From NCBI GenBank assembly GCA_029210695.1, contig JARGFH010000018.1:1-62820 (forward strand): a stretch of 62,820 nucleotides of DNA. Reading direction: 5' to 3'. This stretch comes from Acidimicrobiia bacterium (GTDB lineage: Bacteria > Actinomycetota > Acidimicrobiia > Spongiisociales > JAHEDJ01). Shown here in pieces: positions 19,150 through 30,000 of this stretch (position 1 is the stretch's first letter; every line of letters begins with the position of its first letter). Both the position numbers and the translations under genes were made by a program. Below the pieces are notes generated by a model, which saw only the letters and a program-made list of their open reading frames with translations, did not search any database and was not told the origin of the DNA.

Positions 19150-19751
19150 TGGGTGGCCACTACATCGCCCTCGAGGGCATCGAAGGAACGGGAAAGAGCA
19201 CAGTGGCAAAGCGTCTCGCCGAGTACCTGCAGGGGAGCGGGCGAACGGCGATCATCGTTCGTGAACCCGGCGGCACCCCGGTCGGAGAGGGGATTCGGGA
19301 TGTGCTGCTGCACGGTGAGCATATGGAGCCGTGGACCGAAGCACTGCTGTTCGCGGCCCAACGCGCCCAACTGGCAGCCGAGGTGATTCGTCCTGCACTG
19401 GCCGCCGGAACCTGGGTCATCAGCGATCGGACGGTCTACTCATCGCTGGCATACCAGGGTGGCGCCCGGGGACTAGGTGTCGAGATGGTTCGAGCCGTGA
19501 ATGCGGCGGGGTTGTGTGGCACCTGGCCGGAGTTGGTCGTGCTCCTCGAACTCGACCCGCTCATCGGCCTGTCCCGTCAGGCGGTGGCCGATCGCATCGG
19601 GGCGGAAGGTATCGATTTTCAGCAACGGGTCGCCGAGACCTTTGCGACGCTGGCCGGGATCGAACCGGAGGTGTTTCGCAGGGTACCGGCCGATCGGACC
19701 CTGGACGAGGTAGTGGCGGCCGTGATCGGTGTCGTCGAGGAGCGTTGGTGA
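19149..19751 (+). CDS. tmk: Thymidylate kinase
   Basis: EGIEGTGKST P-loop, REPGG, SDR, SSLAYQG. Confidence 0.95.
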   Translation: MGGHYIALEGIEGTGKSTVAKRLAEYLQGSGRTAIIVREPGGTPVGEGIRDVLLHGEHMEPWTEALLFAAQRAQLAAEVIRPALAAGTWVISDRTVYSSLAYQGGARGLGVEMVRAVNAAGLCGTWPELVVLLELDPLIGLSRQAVADRIGAEGIDFQQRVAETFATLAGIEPEVFRRVPADRTLDEVVAAVIGVVEERW

Positions 19752-20824
19752 GGGACTTCTTTGGGGGCATCATCGGCCATGCACGGATAGCCGCGGTTCT
19801 GACCAGGGACGTGGCTCACCCCGGCCAGGCATACCTGTTCATCGGGCCCGGCGGCGTGGGTAAGGCGACCGTCGCCCTACGCTTCGCAGCCGCCATGCTC
19901 TGCCCCGGTGCCGGGGAGCACACCGAGCCGTGTTCGAGTTGCCGGCGGGTGGCCTCGGGCACCCACCCGGATCTCATTGCGATCGAACCGGCCGGATCGA
20001 CGATGCTCACCGTGGATCAGGCGCGCAGCACTGTGGCCCAATCCCGTCTGGCGCCCGTCGAAGGTGACCGGAAGGTATTCCTCCTCGCCGAGGCTGGAGC
20101 GATGAGTGACGGGGCCGCCAATGCGCTGTTGAAGACACTCGAAGAACCATCGCCCTCCACGGTGTTCCTCCTCGTAGCAGAAGCAGAAGAGGACCTCCCG
20201 ACCACGATTGCCAGTCGCTGCCGTACGGTGCAATTCGGTCGAGTCGATGAGGCGGAAATCATCGAAGGGCTCATCAGCCTCGGTGTGGTCGCTGAGCAGG
20301 CCGAACAGGTTGCCAAGATTGCAGGCGGACGGCCCGGCCTGGCGCTCACGCTGGCGACCCAACCGGAAGCCGCCGGGTACCGGCGCGTGTGGATGGGGAT
20401 TCCGCAACGCGTATCGCCGGTTCCCGGGCGAGCATTCGATCTCGCCGAGGAAGTCCTCGCTGCCGTCGAACCGATGCTCGGAGCACTCGAACAGCGACAT
20501 ACCGATGAACTGGCGGAAGCCGAGGACCATGGCATGGCGGGTAGGGCGCTGAAGGACCGGCAGGAACGCGAACGGAAACGATCATCCCAGGCGCTTCTGA
20601 TCTCCGGACTCGAGATGCTCGCCTCGTGGTATACCGATTCTGCTGCAGCTCAGTTCGGTGGTGAGGTTCGCAATCGCGACATCCCTGTGCACGACCTTGC
20701 CATGCTCACGCCGGCCGGGGCGGTCGGATCCGCCGAGCGCGTGCTTGGCGCCGTCGTGGCACTGCGCGCAAACCAACGCCCGAAGCTCGTCCTGGCGGAC
20801 CTCTTTGCCGATCTCGGCGCCTGA
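19748..20824 (+). CDS. holB: DNA polymerase III delta' subunit
   Basis: AYLFIGPGGVGK, C..C zinc module, HPD, ANALLKTLEEP, TIASRC; follows tmk. Confidence 0.92.
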   Translation: MRDFFGGIIGHARIAAVLTRDVAHPGQAYLFIGPGGVGKATVALRFAAAMLCPGAGEHTEPCSSCRRVASGTHPDLIAIEPAGSTMLTVDQARSTVAQSRLAPVEGDRKVFLLAEAGAMSDGAANALLKTLEEPSPSTVFLLVAEAEEDLPTTIASRCRTVQFGRVDEAEIIEGLISLGVVAEQAEQVAKIAGGRPGLALTLATQPEAAGYRRVWMGIPQRVSPVPGRAFDLAEEVLAAVEPMLGALEQRHTDELAEAEDHGMAGRALKDRQERERKRSSQALLISGLEMLASWYTDSAAAQFGGEVRNRDIPVHDLAMLTPAGAVGSAERVLGAVVALRANQRPKLVLADLFADLGA

Positions 20825-20855
20825 TCCAAGGACTCCGCCCTTCTCCGGGTGGCGT

Positions 20856-21458
20856 ATGGCATGGACCGTGGCTTTGCCGCCGGCCCGGCTGATCGCCCGG
20901 CTCGGCTGGCGGCTACGTGTCTCTGGGGAGGTCCCGCTCCCGGCCGGTCCGGTGATCCTGGCCGCCAACCATCTTTCACATCTCGACGGTCCGATGGTCG
21001 CGGTCGCCGCCGACCGGCCGGTGCGGTTCCTTGCGGTCGATGGCTTGTGGAGAGCTCACCGCTGGCTCAACGTTTTCTTGCGCACGTTTGGAATGATTCC
21101 AATCTCGCGGGAACGGGCACCGCTGGGAGCGATGCGGACCGCCTACGAGCATCTCCGCGCCGGCGGATCGATCGGAGTGTTCCCGGAGGGTGGGGTTGTA
21201 GACGGGTGGGGACGGGTAGAACCGAACGCCTCGGTCGCCTGGTTGAGCCTGAAGAGCGGGAGTCCGATTGTTCCGGTGGCGGTCATCGGGACAGGGGAGG
21301 CGTACGGCAAGGGCGCAACCCGTTTGCGTCGGAGCAGGGTGACCGTCGTGGTCGGCACCCCGCTGATGCCGGCCGATTTCAGCGATCGGGATGATCCTGC
21401 TGCGGCGATGTTGACTGCTTGGACGGACTGGGTCGGCCGGCAACTAGCAGGCGGCTAG
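20856..21458 (+). CDS. Lysophospholipid acyltransferase (PlsC family)
   Basis: NHLSHLD (HX4D) and FPEG motifs; start approximate. Confidence 0.85.
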   Translation: MAWTVALPPARLIARLGWRLRVSGEVPLPAGPVILAANHLSHLDGPMVAVAADRPVRFLAVDGLWRAHRWLNVFLRTFGMIPISRERAPLGAMRTAYEHLRAGGSIGVFPEGGVVDGWGRVEPNASVAWLSLKSGSPIVPVAVIGTGEAYGKGATRLRRSRVTVVVGTPLMPADFSDRDDPAAAMLTAWTDWVGRQLAGG

Positions 21459-21574
21459 CAATCGGCCCTCTGCATGCGGGAGTGGGCGGGTCTCCCGGCT
21501 CTGCTGATCCCTGGTACGAAGTGCGCTTCTTGCTTCGCCCCCCGACTGTTGAACGCCTAACATACCGGGCCGCC

Positions 21575-21646
21575 GCCGGAGTAGCTCAGGGGTAGAGCAG
21601 CTCACTCGTAATGAGCAGGTCCGGGGTTCGAATCCCCGCTCCGGCT
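21575..21646 (+). tRNA. tRNA-Thr(CGT)
   Basis: Acceptor GCCGGAG/CTCCGGC, D arm, anticodon arm GCTCA-CT CGT AA-TGAGC, T loop GGTTCGAATCC; no encoded CCA. Confidence 0.96.
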
Positions 21647-21725
21647 CTGAGACACACCACGGCCCTCAACCCGGCTTGTCGCCATCTGCCCGGTTGGTAG
21701 TGTCCACTCGGCGACAGGAGTGCTC

Positions 21726-22307
21726 GTGGCTGATCAGGCCAACTTCGAAAATGATGCGATGCAGTATGCGCCGCAGTTGTACGCGGCCGCGATGCGCATG
21801 ACGCGCAATACCTCCGACGCCGAAGATCTCGTTCAGGAGACGTTCCTGAAGGCCTACCGCGCCTATCACACCTTCACACATGGCACCAACCTCAAAGCCT
21901 GGCTCTACCGGATCCTCACGAACACCTTCATAAACCGTTACCGCAAGCAGGCCCGACGTCCCAAAGAGGTCGACCTCGGTGAGCTCGAGGACCTCTACAT
22001 GTACCGCCGCGTTTCCAGCGCGGGAACCCGGGCGGCGTCGCGCAGCGCCGAGGAGGAGCTGCTTGCCGGATTCGTGGACTCCGACGTGAAGCAAGCCGTC
22101 GAAGCCCTCCCCGAGCACTTCCGGCTCCCCGTTTTGCTGGCCGACGTCGAGGGGTTTTCCTACAAGGAGATCTCCGAGATCATGGATGTCCCGATCGGAA
22201 CGGTGATGTCCCGATTACACCGGGGAAGAAAGGCGCTCCAGAAAGCGTTGTGGGAGTTCGCCGGTGAACGCGGCCTGACCGGGTCAACGGGGGATCCCCA
22301 TGAGTAG
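21726..22307 (+). CDS. ECF sigma factor, SigR/SigH type
   Basis: [42 protein letters not shown]; followed by a ZAS anti-sigma; AGGAG RBS before GTG 21726. Confidence 0.9.
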   Translation: MADQANFENDAMQYAPQLYAAAMRMTRNTSDAEDLVQETFLKAYRAYHTFTHGTNLKAWLYRILTNTFINRYRKQARRPKEVDLGELEDLYMYRRVSSAGTRAASRSAEEELLAGFVDSDVKQAVEALPEHFRLPVLLADVEGFSYKEISEIMDVPIGTVMSRLHRGRKALQKALWEFAGERGLTGSTGDPHE

Positions 22308-22539
22308 GCGGACATGCGATCAGGCAGTCGAGAAGATCTACTACTTCCTCGATGGTGAGATCACGTGGTATCGGCGGTTGCGCATCAATTGGCACCTCCG
22401 GTCGTGCCCGCCGTGCGAAGGAGCCTTTCAATTCGAGAGCAAGTTGCGATCGGTTGTGCGGGAGAAGAGCGCAGAGGAGATTCCCGACGAGCTGATTGAA
22501 CGGCTCCGGCGCGTCTTGCGTGATGAGATGAACAGTTGA
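22300..22539 (+). CDS. Zinc-binding anti-sigma factor (RsrA/RshA type)
   Basis: N-terminal Cys, [13 protein letters not shown] (HxxxCxxC). Confidence 0.88.
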   Translation: MSRRTCDQAVEKIYYFLDGEITWYRRLRINWHLRSCPPCEGAFQFESKLRSVVREKSAEEIPDELIERLRRVLRDEMNS

Positions 22540-22561
22540 CCCGCGACCCGCGACCCGCGAC
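22538..22561. repeat. GACCCGC heptamer x3
   Basis: Three direct tandem GACCCGC copies after the anti-sigma stop. Confidence 0.75.
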
Positions 22562-22574
22562 TAGTGTCCCCGCC

Positions 22575-22850
22575 ATGTCGAACAACGGTCGTCGTATTGT
22601 TTTGCCCCTGCTGGTTTTCACCGCGGTCATGCTGATTGCACCGGCCGCGCTGGCCGTTGTTGATGTGGTCGCCCAGGGCGACGTCCCTGCGATCCAGGTC
22701 CCCGAACCGGCCCCATCCAACGACCTCCCCTCCTGGACCTACCGCTATCTCATTCCCACCTTGTTGGTCGTGGCGGTTCTCGTCATCGTGCTGACGGTGG
22801 TGCAGTACTTCGTCAGGGTGGTCGGCAAGCGGTACCGCGTCGTACGATGA
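22575..22850 (+). CDS. Small membrane protein (signal peptide plus C-terminal TM)
   Basis: TAGTGT -10 seven nt before ATG 22575; two hydrophobic segments; basic C-terminus; ATGA overlap with next gene. Confidence 0.65.
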   Translation: MSNNGRRIVLPLLVFTAVMLIAPAALAVVDVVAQGDVPAIQVPEPAPSNDLPSWTYRYLIPTLLVVAVLVIVLTVVQYFVRVVGKRYRVVR

Positions 22851-23899
22851 CGGACGGGATTCCCTGGTCCCTGGCCGTCAAAGTGGCCGACCGGGTCGCC
22901 GGCAGCCACCCCCTTGAATCCACCTACCACGTCGAGGCTCTACGCCGCCAGGCGCCCGGACTGATGGAACGTGCCGGTGTGCTGGTCGGCGAGGAGACCG
23001 GACTCGTCACCGCGACCCGGGTCGCCGTCGAGGTTGTGGGCCGAACCGACTGGGTTCGTCGCAACGTCGAGTTCTTCTCGCGTTTGATGGAACCGGCCGA
23101 GGAGAAGATCGCCGGACGACTCAGTCAGGCAGGCGTCCTCGGCTCGAAGGCCGCCGGATTTGCCAGAGGCATCGTGGCAGCCGAGATGGGGGCGCTGCTC
23201 GGCGTCATGTCGCGCCGGGTACTCGGCCAGTACGAACTGGTCCTACCCACGGATGAGTCGGCGGGCGACGTTGTCTTTCTCGTCGGGTCGAATGTCCTTG
23301 CCATGGAACGTGCTCATCAGTTCTCGCCGGATGAGTTCCGCTTCTGGCTGGCATTACACGAGTGCGCTCATCGTGCCCAGTTCACTGCCGTCCCGTGGAT
23401 GCAGGAGTATTTCTTATCGCTCGTTCAAGGCCTGGTTGAGAGTGCCGAGCCGGAGCGTGGCCGTCTCAAGAGGATCGTCGAAGAGATAAGAACGGCGGCA
23501 GAGGGCGAGGCCGACATCATCGGAGAGACGGGGCTGCTCGGCCTCTTCGCCGGGGAAGCTCAGCGCCAGCTGATCGACAAAGTACAGGCGCTCATGTCGG
23601 TGCTCGAGGGTCACGGGCATGTCATCATGGATCGTATCGGCGCCCGCCATCTCGTCACTCAGGAGCGGATGTCGGGGATTATCAAACGACGTCGTATGGA
23701 CGCCAGGACTGCCGCGTTCTTTCGCATCACCGGGTTGGAGATGAAACTCCGTCAGTACGAGCTGGGAGAGAAGTTCGTACTCGCAGTCGAACGAGAAGCC
23801 GGTTGGGAGACGGTCGATCTCGTCTGGCGGGATGTCGAATCGTTGCCAACTCTCGACGAGATCCGCAGCCCTTCAGCATGGCTGGCTCGCGTCGCCTAG
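22847..23899 (+). CDS. Zinc-dependent metalloprotease-like protein (actinobacterial, tilS-associated)
   Basis: LHECAHRAQF (HExxH), LEGHG, KLRQYELG..F, LPTLDEI..P..W; typical position upstream of tilS. Confidence 0.85.
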   Translation: MTDGIPWSLAVKVADRVAGSHPLESTYHVEALRRQAPGLMERAGVLVGEETGLVTATRVAVEVVGRTDWVRRNVEFFSRLMEPAEEKIAGRLSQAGVLGSKAAGFARGIVAAEMGALLGVMSRRVLGQYELVLPTDESAGDVVFLVGSNVLAMERAHQFSPDEFRFWLALHECAHRAQFTAVPWMQEYFLSLVQGLVESAEPERGRLKRIVEEIRTAAEGEADIIGETGLLGLFAGEAQRQLIDKVQALMSVLEGHGHVIMDRIGARHLVTQERMSGIIKRRRMDARTAAFFRITGLEMKLRQYELGEKFVLAVEREAGWETVDLVWRDVESLPTLDEIRSPSAWLARVA

Positions 23900-25185
23900 G
23901 TGTCCTGGCCGGGCGGGTGCTGGCCCAGGCGCCCGACCCTCCGGTTGGTCGTGTTGCTGTTGCCCTCAGCGGGGGCGCCGACAGTGCGGTGGCCGCCTGG
24001 CTGATGCTCGAACAGGGCACTTCTTGTCGGGCAGTCCATGTGGACCACGGTTTGGCCGGATCACCGATCGTGCGTGCGGCGGCCGTTGCGATTGCGGCAC
24101 GGCTTGGCCTCGATCTCGAAGTCCTCGAGGTGACGGTGCCGACCGGCGCCTCCCCTGAGAGTCAGGGCCGGGAGGTCCGCTACGCCGCCCTCGAAGCGTC
24201 CTGTGGTGAAGGTGAGTGGCTGGTGACCGGCCATACCAGCGATGACCAAGCGGAGACCGTGTTCCTCAATATCTTGCGGGGTACGGGTCCGACCGGCCTG
24301 ACCGGCATCCCGGCTCAGCGCGGCCGCCTTCTGCGGCCCATCCTGGGGGTAACCAGGTCTGAAACCAGGGAACTTGCCACGCTGCTCGGCCTCCCGTGGC
24401 GCGACGATCCATCCAATCGCTCTCTCGATCCGCGGCGGAACCAGATCCGGCGGGACGTCCTTCCGGATCTCGAGGCGCGGTTCAATCCGCGGCTGAGAGC
24501 GTCACTCGTGGAACTCGCAGGGTCGGTGGCGGACGGCATTCCGACCGGCTCGACCAGCGTGCAGATGCTGGACCTCGATGAAGGGATCGCGCTGGCGGCC
24601 CCCGAACTTCATGCGATCGGCCCGGCGGCTGCGTCCCATGCCATCCGGGACGCCCTCCGGAGGGTGCGAGGACCGTACGCGGGCACCAGGGCGGAGGTGA
24701 TGAGGGTATCCGAGGTCGCCTCCGGCGTCGTGTCCTCCGCTGAGCTGGCCGGCGGGTTGAAGGTGTTCCGGCGTGGGCCCTGGTTGATCATGTCGCCGGC
24801 GCGTCACCGGGACGCGCCGCCCCCCGTCGAATGGTCGCTTCCCGGCGCGGTCTCGTTCGGGCGGTGGGCGTTCGAATCCTGGGTCGATCAGCGTGCGCCG
24901 GTGGCGTTTCCGCTCTCTGCGTGGATGGCAGTGGCGGACGCGGCACAGCTGCCCGACGCCATGACGGTGCGAGTCGCCGAACCGGCCGATGAGGTGGACG
25001 GCGTATCCGTGGGCGAGGTGCTTCGCCGGCTCGGAGTCTCGCCAGGGCAAAGATCAAACTGGCCGGTAGCCGTTGCGTCCGGTTCCGTCGTGTGGGTGCC
25101 GGGAGCTCGAATTTCGCGAGCCGTTTGGGTCGGATCGACCACACGGCGCTACCTTTGGGTTCACGCCCAATGGGAGACCGTGTGA
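23878..25185 (+). CDS. tilS: tRNA(Ile)-lysidine synthase
   Basis: SGGADS PP-loop, HVDHGL, GHTSDDQAET, DDPSN, RNQIR. Confidence 0.93.
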   Translation: MAGSRRLGVLAGRVLAQAPDPPVGRVAVALSGGADSAVAAWLMLEQGTSCRAVHVDHGLAGSPIVRAAAVAIAARLGLDLEVLEVTVPTGASPESQGREVRYAALEASCGEGEWLVTGHTSDDQAETVFLNILRGTGPTGLTGIPAQRGRLLRPILGVTRSETRELATLLGLPWRDDPSNRSLDPRRNQIRRDVLPDLEARFNPRLRASLVELAGSVADGIPTGSTSVQMLDLDEGIALAAPELHAIGPAAASHAIRDALRRVRGPYAGTRAEVMRVSEVASGVVSSAELAGGLKVFRRGPWLIMSPARHRDAPPPVEWSLPGAVSFGRWAFESWVDQRAPVAFPLSAWMAVADAAQLPDAMTVRVAEPADEVDGVSVGEVLRRLGVSPGQRSNWPVAVASGSVVWVPGARISRAVWVGSTTRRYLWVHAQWETV

Positions 25186-25706
25186 AAGTTGGAAAGACGC
25201 TCATTTCCGCTGAGGAAATCGAAACCGCCCTCGTCCGGATGGGGGCGCAGATCGATGCAGACTACGAGGGTAGAGATCTGCTGATGATCGGCGTGCTCAA
25301 GGGCGCCTTCATCGTCATGGCCGACCTCGCTCGCCATGTGCACATCCCGGTGGATTTCGACTTCATGGCCGTGTCGTCGTACGGGGCTGCCACGCAGACA
25401 TCCGGCGTGGTGAGGATTTTGAAGGATCTGGATCAGGAGATCGCCGATCGCGATGTATTGATCGTCGAGGACATCATCGATTCGGGTCTCACCTTGAGTT
25501 ACCTGCTGAAGAGCTTGCGGGTGCGCCACCCGGCCAGCCTGGAAGTAGCCGCCATCCTGGTGAAGGAAGGGATCCAGCGGGTCCCGCTCGATGTGAAGTA
25601 CACCGGTTTCTCGATAGGTCCCGAGTTCGTCGTCGGGTACGGACTCGACTACATCGGCAAGCTGCGTAATCTCCCCTACATAGCCGTCATGGAAGAGGAT
25701 GACTGA
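25182..25706 (+). CDS. hpt: Hypoxanthine phosphoribosyltransferase
   Basis: VLKGA, SSYG, VEDIIDSGLT, FVVGYGLD. Confidence 0.96.
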   Translation: MKVGKTLISAEEIETALVRMGAQIDADYEGRDLLMIGVLKGAFIVMADLARHVHIPVDFDFMAVSSYGAATQTSGVVRILKDLDQEIADRDVLIVEDIIDSGLTLSYLLKSLRVRHPASLEVAAILVKEGIQRVPLDVKYTGFSIGPEFVVGYGLDYIGKLRNLPYIAVMEEDD

Positions 25707-25774
25707 AGCGAATGCGGTGTAATCCAGCGGGCTGCATACCATGGTCCGCCCGTGATACCGTTTAGCGAGTTTTC

Positions 25775-27691
25775 ATGAACAGAACTCTTCGTACGATCCT
25801 CGTCTACGGCGTAGTCGTCGTGCTCATGGTTGTGGTCGCCCAAACCTGGTTTGAAACAGGTGACAAGCCCGTTGAGATCACCACCAGCCAGTTCATCCAG
25901 GATGTCGAGGACGGCAAGATCGAAGAAGTCACGATGTTCACGCGCTCCGACATCGTCACGGGCGAGTACATCGACCAGGGTGACACGACGCCGGACTTCA
26001 CGTTCTCGTATCCGCCGGAGTACGAAGGGACGCTGACCGAGGTACTCGTGGCCAACGATGTCCCGATGTTCCCCGAATCCGACACCTCGCTGTGGGAAAT
26101 CGTGATCAGCCTGCTGCCGTGGCTCTTCTTGATCGGCTTCATGATCTTCATATTCACGCAGATGCAGGGCGGCGGAAACCGCGTCATGCAGTTCGGGAAA
26201 GCGAAGGCGAAACAGGTCACCCGCGATACGCCGAAGGTTACGTTCGAAGATGTGGCGGGGGTCGAAGAAGCCATCGAGGAGCTCGAGGAGATCAAGGACT
26301 TCCTTCAGAATCCTGCCAAGTTCCGCGCCTTGGGCGCCAAGATCCCCAAAGGGGTGCTGTTGTACGGACCACCCGGCACGGGCAAGACCCTGCTGGCGCG
26401 GGCCATCGCCGGTGAGGCCGGCGTTCCGTTCTTCTCGATCTCGGGCTCCGACTTCGTTGAGATGTTCGTCGGCGTCGGTGCGAGTCGTGTACGTGACCTC
26501 TTCGAGCAGGCGAAGGCGCAAGCTCCGGCCATCATCTTCATCGACGAGATCGATGCGGTTGGACGGCATCGCGGCGCCGGTCTCGGTGGCGGTCACGACG
26601 AGCGTGAGCAGACCCTCAACCAGTTGCTGGTCGAGTTGGACGGTTTCGATGTCAATACCGGTGTGATCGTGATCGCGGGCACCAACCGGCCGGATATTCT
26701 GGATCCGGCGCTGCTGCGTCCCGGGCGCTTTGATCGGCAGATCGTGGTCGACCGCCCCGACCTCAAGGGTCGCCAGGCCATCCTCGCAGTCCATTCCCGC
26801 GGCAAGCCCCTCGACGACGAGATCGATATCGCAGTTCTGGCCCGCCAGACTCCCGGTTTCACCGGGGCAGATCTCGCCAACCTCATCAACGAGGCTGCCA
26901 TTCTGGCCGCCCGTCGCGACAAGAAGCGGGTCGGGATGGAAGAACTCGAAGAGGCCATCGATCGCGTGATTGCCGGTCCGGAGCGGAAGAGCCGGGTCAT
27001 CTCAGAGAGCGAGCGGAAGCTGACCGCATATCACGAAGGTGGTCACGCGCTGGTCGGCTTTGCTCTGCCGAACCTCGACCCCATTCACAAAGTGACCATC
27101 ATCCCCCGTGGTCGCAGTGGCGGCTACACGATGGCTCTGCCCACCGAGGATCGCTTCTTCAAGCGGCGCAGCGAGATGGTCGACGAACTGGCCTATTCGC
27201 TTGGTGGGAGAACGGCAGAAGAGCTCGTGTTCGGCGACCCTTCGACTGGTGCCAGCAACGACATCGACACGGCGACCGATCTCGCTCGCAAGATGGTGAT
27301 GGAGTACGGCATGAGCGACCGCCTCGGCCCCATGAAGTACGGGAAGGCGGCCGGTGAGGTGTTCCTCGGTCGCGACTATTCCCGGCAGCCGGACTACTCC
27401 GACGAGGTCGCCTCTTTCATCGACGCAGAGGTCCGCAAGCTCATCAGTCAAGCGCACGACGAGGCCCGGCAGATCCTCAGCACTCATGAGGACGCTCTCC
27501 ATCGCATCGCGGCCGAGCTGATGGACAAGGAGACCGTCGACGCCGCCGAAGTCGCCAAGATCTTCTTCGACGTCCCCAAGTGGGAGCACACGGCAGATGG
27601 AGCGATGCGCATTCAGATGCCCAACTTGGCGTCGTCCGAGGACGCCGTCGCCGCCGTACACATCACGACAGACCCGGGTCCCAACGTCTGA
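25775..27691 (+). CDS. ftsH: ATP-dependent zinc metalloprotease FtsH
   Basis: Two TMs, [20 protein letters not shown]. Confidence 0.97.
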   Translation: MNRTLRTILVYGVVVVLMVVVAQTWFETGDKPVEITTSQFIQDVEDGKIEEVTMFTRSDIVTGEYIDQGDTTPDFTFSYPPEYEGTLTEVLVANDVPMFPESDTSLWEIVISLLPWLFLIGFMIFIFTQMQGGGNRVMQFGKAKAKQVTRDTPKVTFEDVAGVEEAIEELEEIKDFLQNPAKFRALGAKIPKGVLLYGPPGTGKTLLARAIAGEAGVPFFSISGSDFVEMFVGVGASRVRDLFEQAKAQAPAIIFIDEIDAVGRHRGAGLGGGHDEREQTLNQLLVELDGFDVNTGVIVIAGTNRPDILDPALLRPGRFDRQIVVDRPDLKGRQAILAVHSRGKPLDDEIDIAVLARQTPGFTGADLANLINEAAILAARRDKKRVGMEELEEAIDRVIAGPERKSRVISESERKLTAYHEGGHALVGFALPNLDPIHKVTIIPRGRSGGYTMALPTEDRFFKRRSEMVDELAYSLGGRTAEELVFGDPSTGASNDIDTATDLARKMVMEYGMSDRLGPMKYGKAAGEVFLGRDYSRQPDYSDEVASFIDAEVRKLISQAHDEARQILSTHEDALHRIAAELMDKETVDAAEVAKIFFDVPKWEHTADGAMRIQMPNLASSEDAVAAVHITTDPGPNV

Positions 27692-27701
27692 GGAGCAGCA
27701 C

Positions 27702-28286
27702 ATGGCCGACGCTGAGAACGGTGTTCAACTGGACGCAATCGCTGATGCCGTGCGAGTGATACTCGAGAGTATCGGGGAAGACGTCGAGCGGGAGGGCCTG
27801 CGCGACACTCCCCGGCGGGTTGCACGTATGTATGCAGAGGTGTTCGGTGGATTGAGCATCGATCCGGAGAGCATCGTCAGCACTGTATTCGATGACGAGA
27901 ACCACGAAGAGATGGTGATGGTCAAAGACATTCCGTTCTATTCGATGTGCGAGCACCACCTGATTCCATTCCACGGCAAGGCCCACGTGGCCTACCTGCC
28001 CAAGGGGCGCCTCACCGGCCTCTCCAAGCTCGCCCGCCTGGTCGAAGCGTTCGCGCGCCGGCCGCAGCTCCAGGAACGGTTGACGACCCAGATCGCAGAC
28101 ACCCTGATGGATGGGCTGGACCCACACGGCGTCCTCGTGGTGGTGGAGGCCGAGCACCTGTGCATGAGCATGCGCGGCGTGAGGAAACCGGGTTCGATCA
28201 CCGTCACCTCTGCGGTGAGGGGCAGTTTCTGTGATCGTGACGCAACGAGGGCAGAGGCCTTTGCGCTGATCTACGGCGGCCGTTGA
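27702..28286 (+). CDS. folE: GTP cyclohydrolase I
   Basis: [28 protein letters not shown]. Confidence 0.96.
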   Translation: MADAENGVQLDAIADAVRVILESIGEDVEREGLRDTPRRVARMYAEVFGGLSIDPESIVSTVFDDENHEEMVMVKDIPFYSMCEHHLIPFHGKAHVAYLPKGRLTGLSKLARLVEAFARRPQLQERLTTQIADTLMDGLDPHGVLVVVEAEHLCMSMRGVRKPGSITVTSAVRGSFCDRDATRAEAFALIYGGR

Positions 28287-29146
28287 CGTTCGTGGACTGG
28301 CACCTGCGGACGAGAATTCTCAGCAACCGCCCGCACACACTCGTCATGGGCGTTGTCAACGTCACTCCCGACTCTTTTTCCGATGGCGGTGACTTCTACG
28401 AGACAGCCGGGGCCATTGCACGCGGACGGGAGATCTCCCGTCAAGGGGCAGACATCGTGGATGTTGGAGGTGAGTCGACCCGTCCCGGCGCCGCGCTCGT
28501 ATCAGAGGAAGAGGAATCGGCCCGCGTGATTCCCGTGGTTCGGGCGCTTGCAGAGGAGGGCATCGTCGTGTCGGTTGACACGGCCAAAGCGTCCGTTGCG
28601 GCGGGTGCCCTGGCCGCCGGTGCTGAGATCGTCAACGATGTTTCGGCGCTGGGGGATCCGGCGATGGCGGCGGTAGTGGCCGACTACGGAGCCGGAATCA
28701 TCCTCATGCACATGCAAGGCACGCCCTCGACAATGCAAGACGCTCCTCGCTACGACGACGTATCAATGGAGGTCCGACGATCGCTTTTGGCGAGTGCCGC
28801 CCTTGCCGAGTCGGAGGGGATCGATCGCAATCGCATCTGCCTCGACCCCGGTATCGGTTTCGGGAAGACCATCGACCATAACTTGACCCTGCTGCATGAT
28901 CTAGGTGAGTTTGTGTCGATCGGCTATCCGATCGTGGTAGGGATCTCGCGCAAATCCTTCATCGGGGCGATCGCAGGGCTGCCCGACGCTCGTGACCGAG
29001 ATGCCGCCACCGCCGGAACCACCGCGCTGGCGGTGGCAGCCGGAGTGTTGGCGGTTCGCGTCCATGATGTACCCGGGAACCTCCAATCTGCTCGCGTTGC
29101 CGACGCTATTGTGCGGCTGAAGGTCTTCGACGAGGTAGGGGGATGA
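28283..29146 (+). CDS. folP: Dihydropteroate synthase
   Basis: [36 protein letters not shown]. Confidence 0.96.
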   Translation: MTFVDWHLRTRILSNRPHTLVMGVVNVTPDSFSDGGDFYETAGAIARGREISRQGADIVDVGGESTRPGAALVSEEEESARVIPVVRALAEEGIVVSVDTAKASVAAGALAAGAEIVNDVSALGDPAMAAVVADYGAGIILMHMQGTPSTMQDAPRYDDVSMEVRRSLLASAALAESEGIDRNRICLDPGIGFGKTIDHNLTLLHDLGEFVSIGYPIVVGISRKSFIGAIAGLPDARDRDAATAGTTALAVAAGVLAVRVHDVPGNLQSARVADAIVRLKVFDEVGG

Positions 29147-29622
29147 CCGGTCTCAAGCCAAGAGAATTCGTGTGGGTGATCGCCGGTCGACTCGCCGTGT
29201 GTGAGCGCATCGGCGGCTACGGCTTTCAGCACCGCCGGGTGCGCCGCGAAGAAGAGATCAACTGGCTGCGCAATGAGGCCAAGATCACCACCGTCCTATC
29301 GCTTCTCCCGGGCAACCAGAATCTGAACTCTTACGCGGATGCCGGTTTCAAGGTTCTGCATCGTCCGTTTCTCCCCGAGAACGAAGACGGTGACCTCCTC
29401 CCATTCTTTGGACTGCTCGACGAGGCACTGGCCGACAGGAACTCGGTGGTGCTCGTGCATCGGGACTTCATAGACGAGGGGATGGGCGGTCTCCTCGCCG
29501 GATATCTGGTTTACGCTGCCTACGTCGACGGCCCCATCATGGCTTCGGCAATCATTCAGGAGATCCTCGGCCGGCCGCTTGGTCCGAGAGCACGGGCGAT
29601 GATCCGGGTGGCGGAGCGCTAG
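29143..29622 (+). CDS. Hypothetical protein, PTP/DSP-like fold lacking catalytic Cys/Arg
   Basis: FVWVIAGRLA...TTVLSLL...VVLVH layout typical of small DSPs, but HRDFIDEG replaces HCxxGxxR; ATGA overlap with folP. Confidence 0.6.
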   Translation: MTGLKPREFVWVIAGRLAVCERIGGYGFQHRRVRREEEINWLRNEAKITTVLSLLPGNQNLNSYADAGFKVLHRPFLPENEDGDLLPFFGLLDEALADRNSVVLVHRDFIDEGMGGLLAGYLVYAAYVDGPIMASAIIQEILGRPLGPRARAMIRVAER

Positions 29623-29640
29623 GCGCGCTCGGAGAGCTGG

Positions 29641-30000
29641 ATGACCGACTGCATTCGCCTGCGGGGTATCGAGGTCTTCGCCTACCACGGGGTTCTGGCG
29701 GATGAGCAAGAACACGGCCAGATCTTTGTCGTTGATGTCGATGTGTTCTTGGACCTTTCGAAGGCCGCGGCCTCTGATGACCTCGCCGCCACCGTTCACT
29801 ACGGGGAACTTGCGCAGGCAATCCATGACCGGGTGGCAGAAGAGCGGTGGGACCTGATCGAGCGGGTTGCCGGCAGGGTTGCCGACCTGGTGTTGGAGGA
29901 TGAGCGAGTGCACCGCGTCACCGTCACGGTTCATAAGCCGTCGGCTCCTATCAGCGTGCCGTTTTCGGATGTTGCAGTAACCGTCAAGAGGCCACGGTGA
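29641..30000 (+). CDS. folB: Dihydroneopterin aldolase
   Basis: YHGV..E...GQ.F, DDL..TVHYG, LIE, HKP.API. Confidence 0.95.
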   Translation: MTDCIRLRGIEVFAYHGVLADEQEHGQIFVVDVDVFLDLSKAAASDDLAATVHYGELAQAIHDRVAEERWDLIERVAGRVADLVLEDERVHRVTVTVHKPSAPISVPFSDVAVTVKRPR

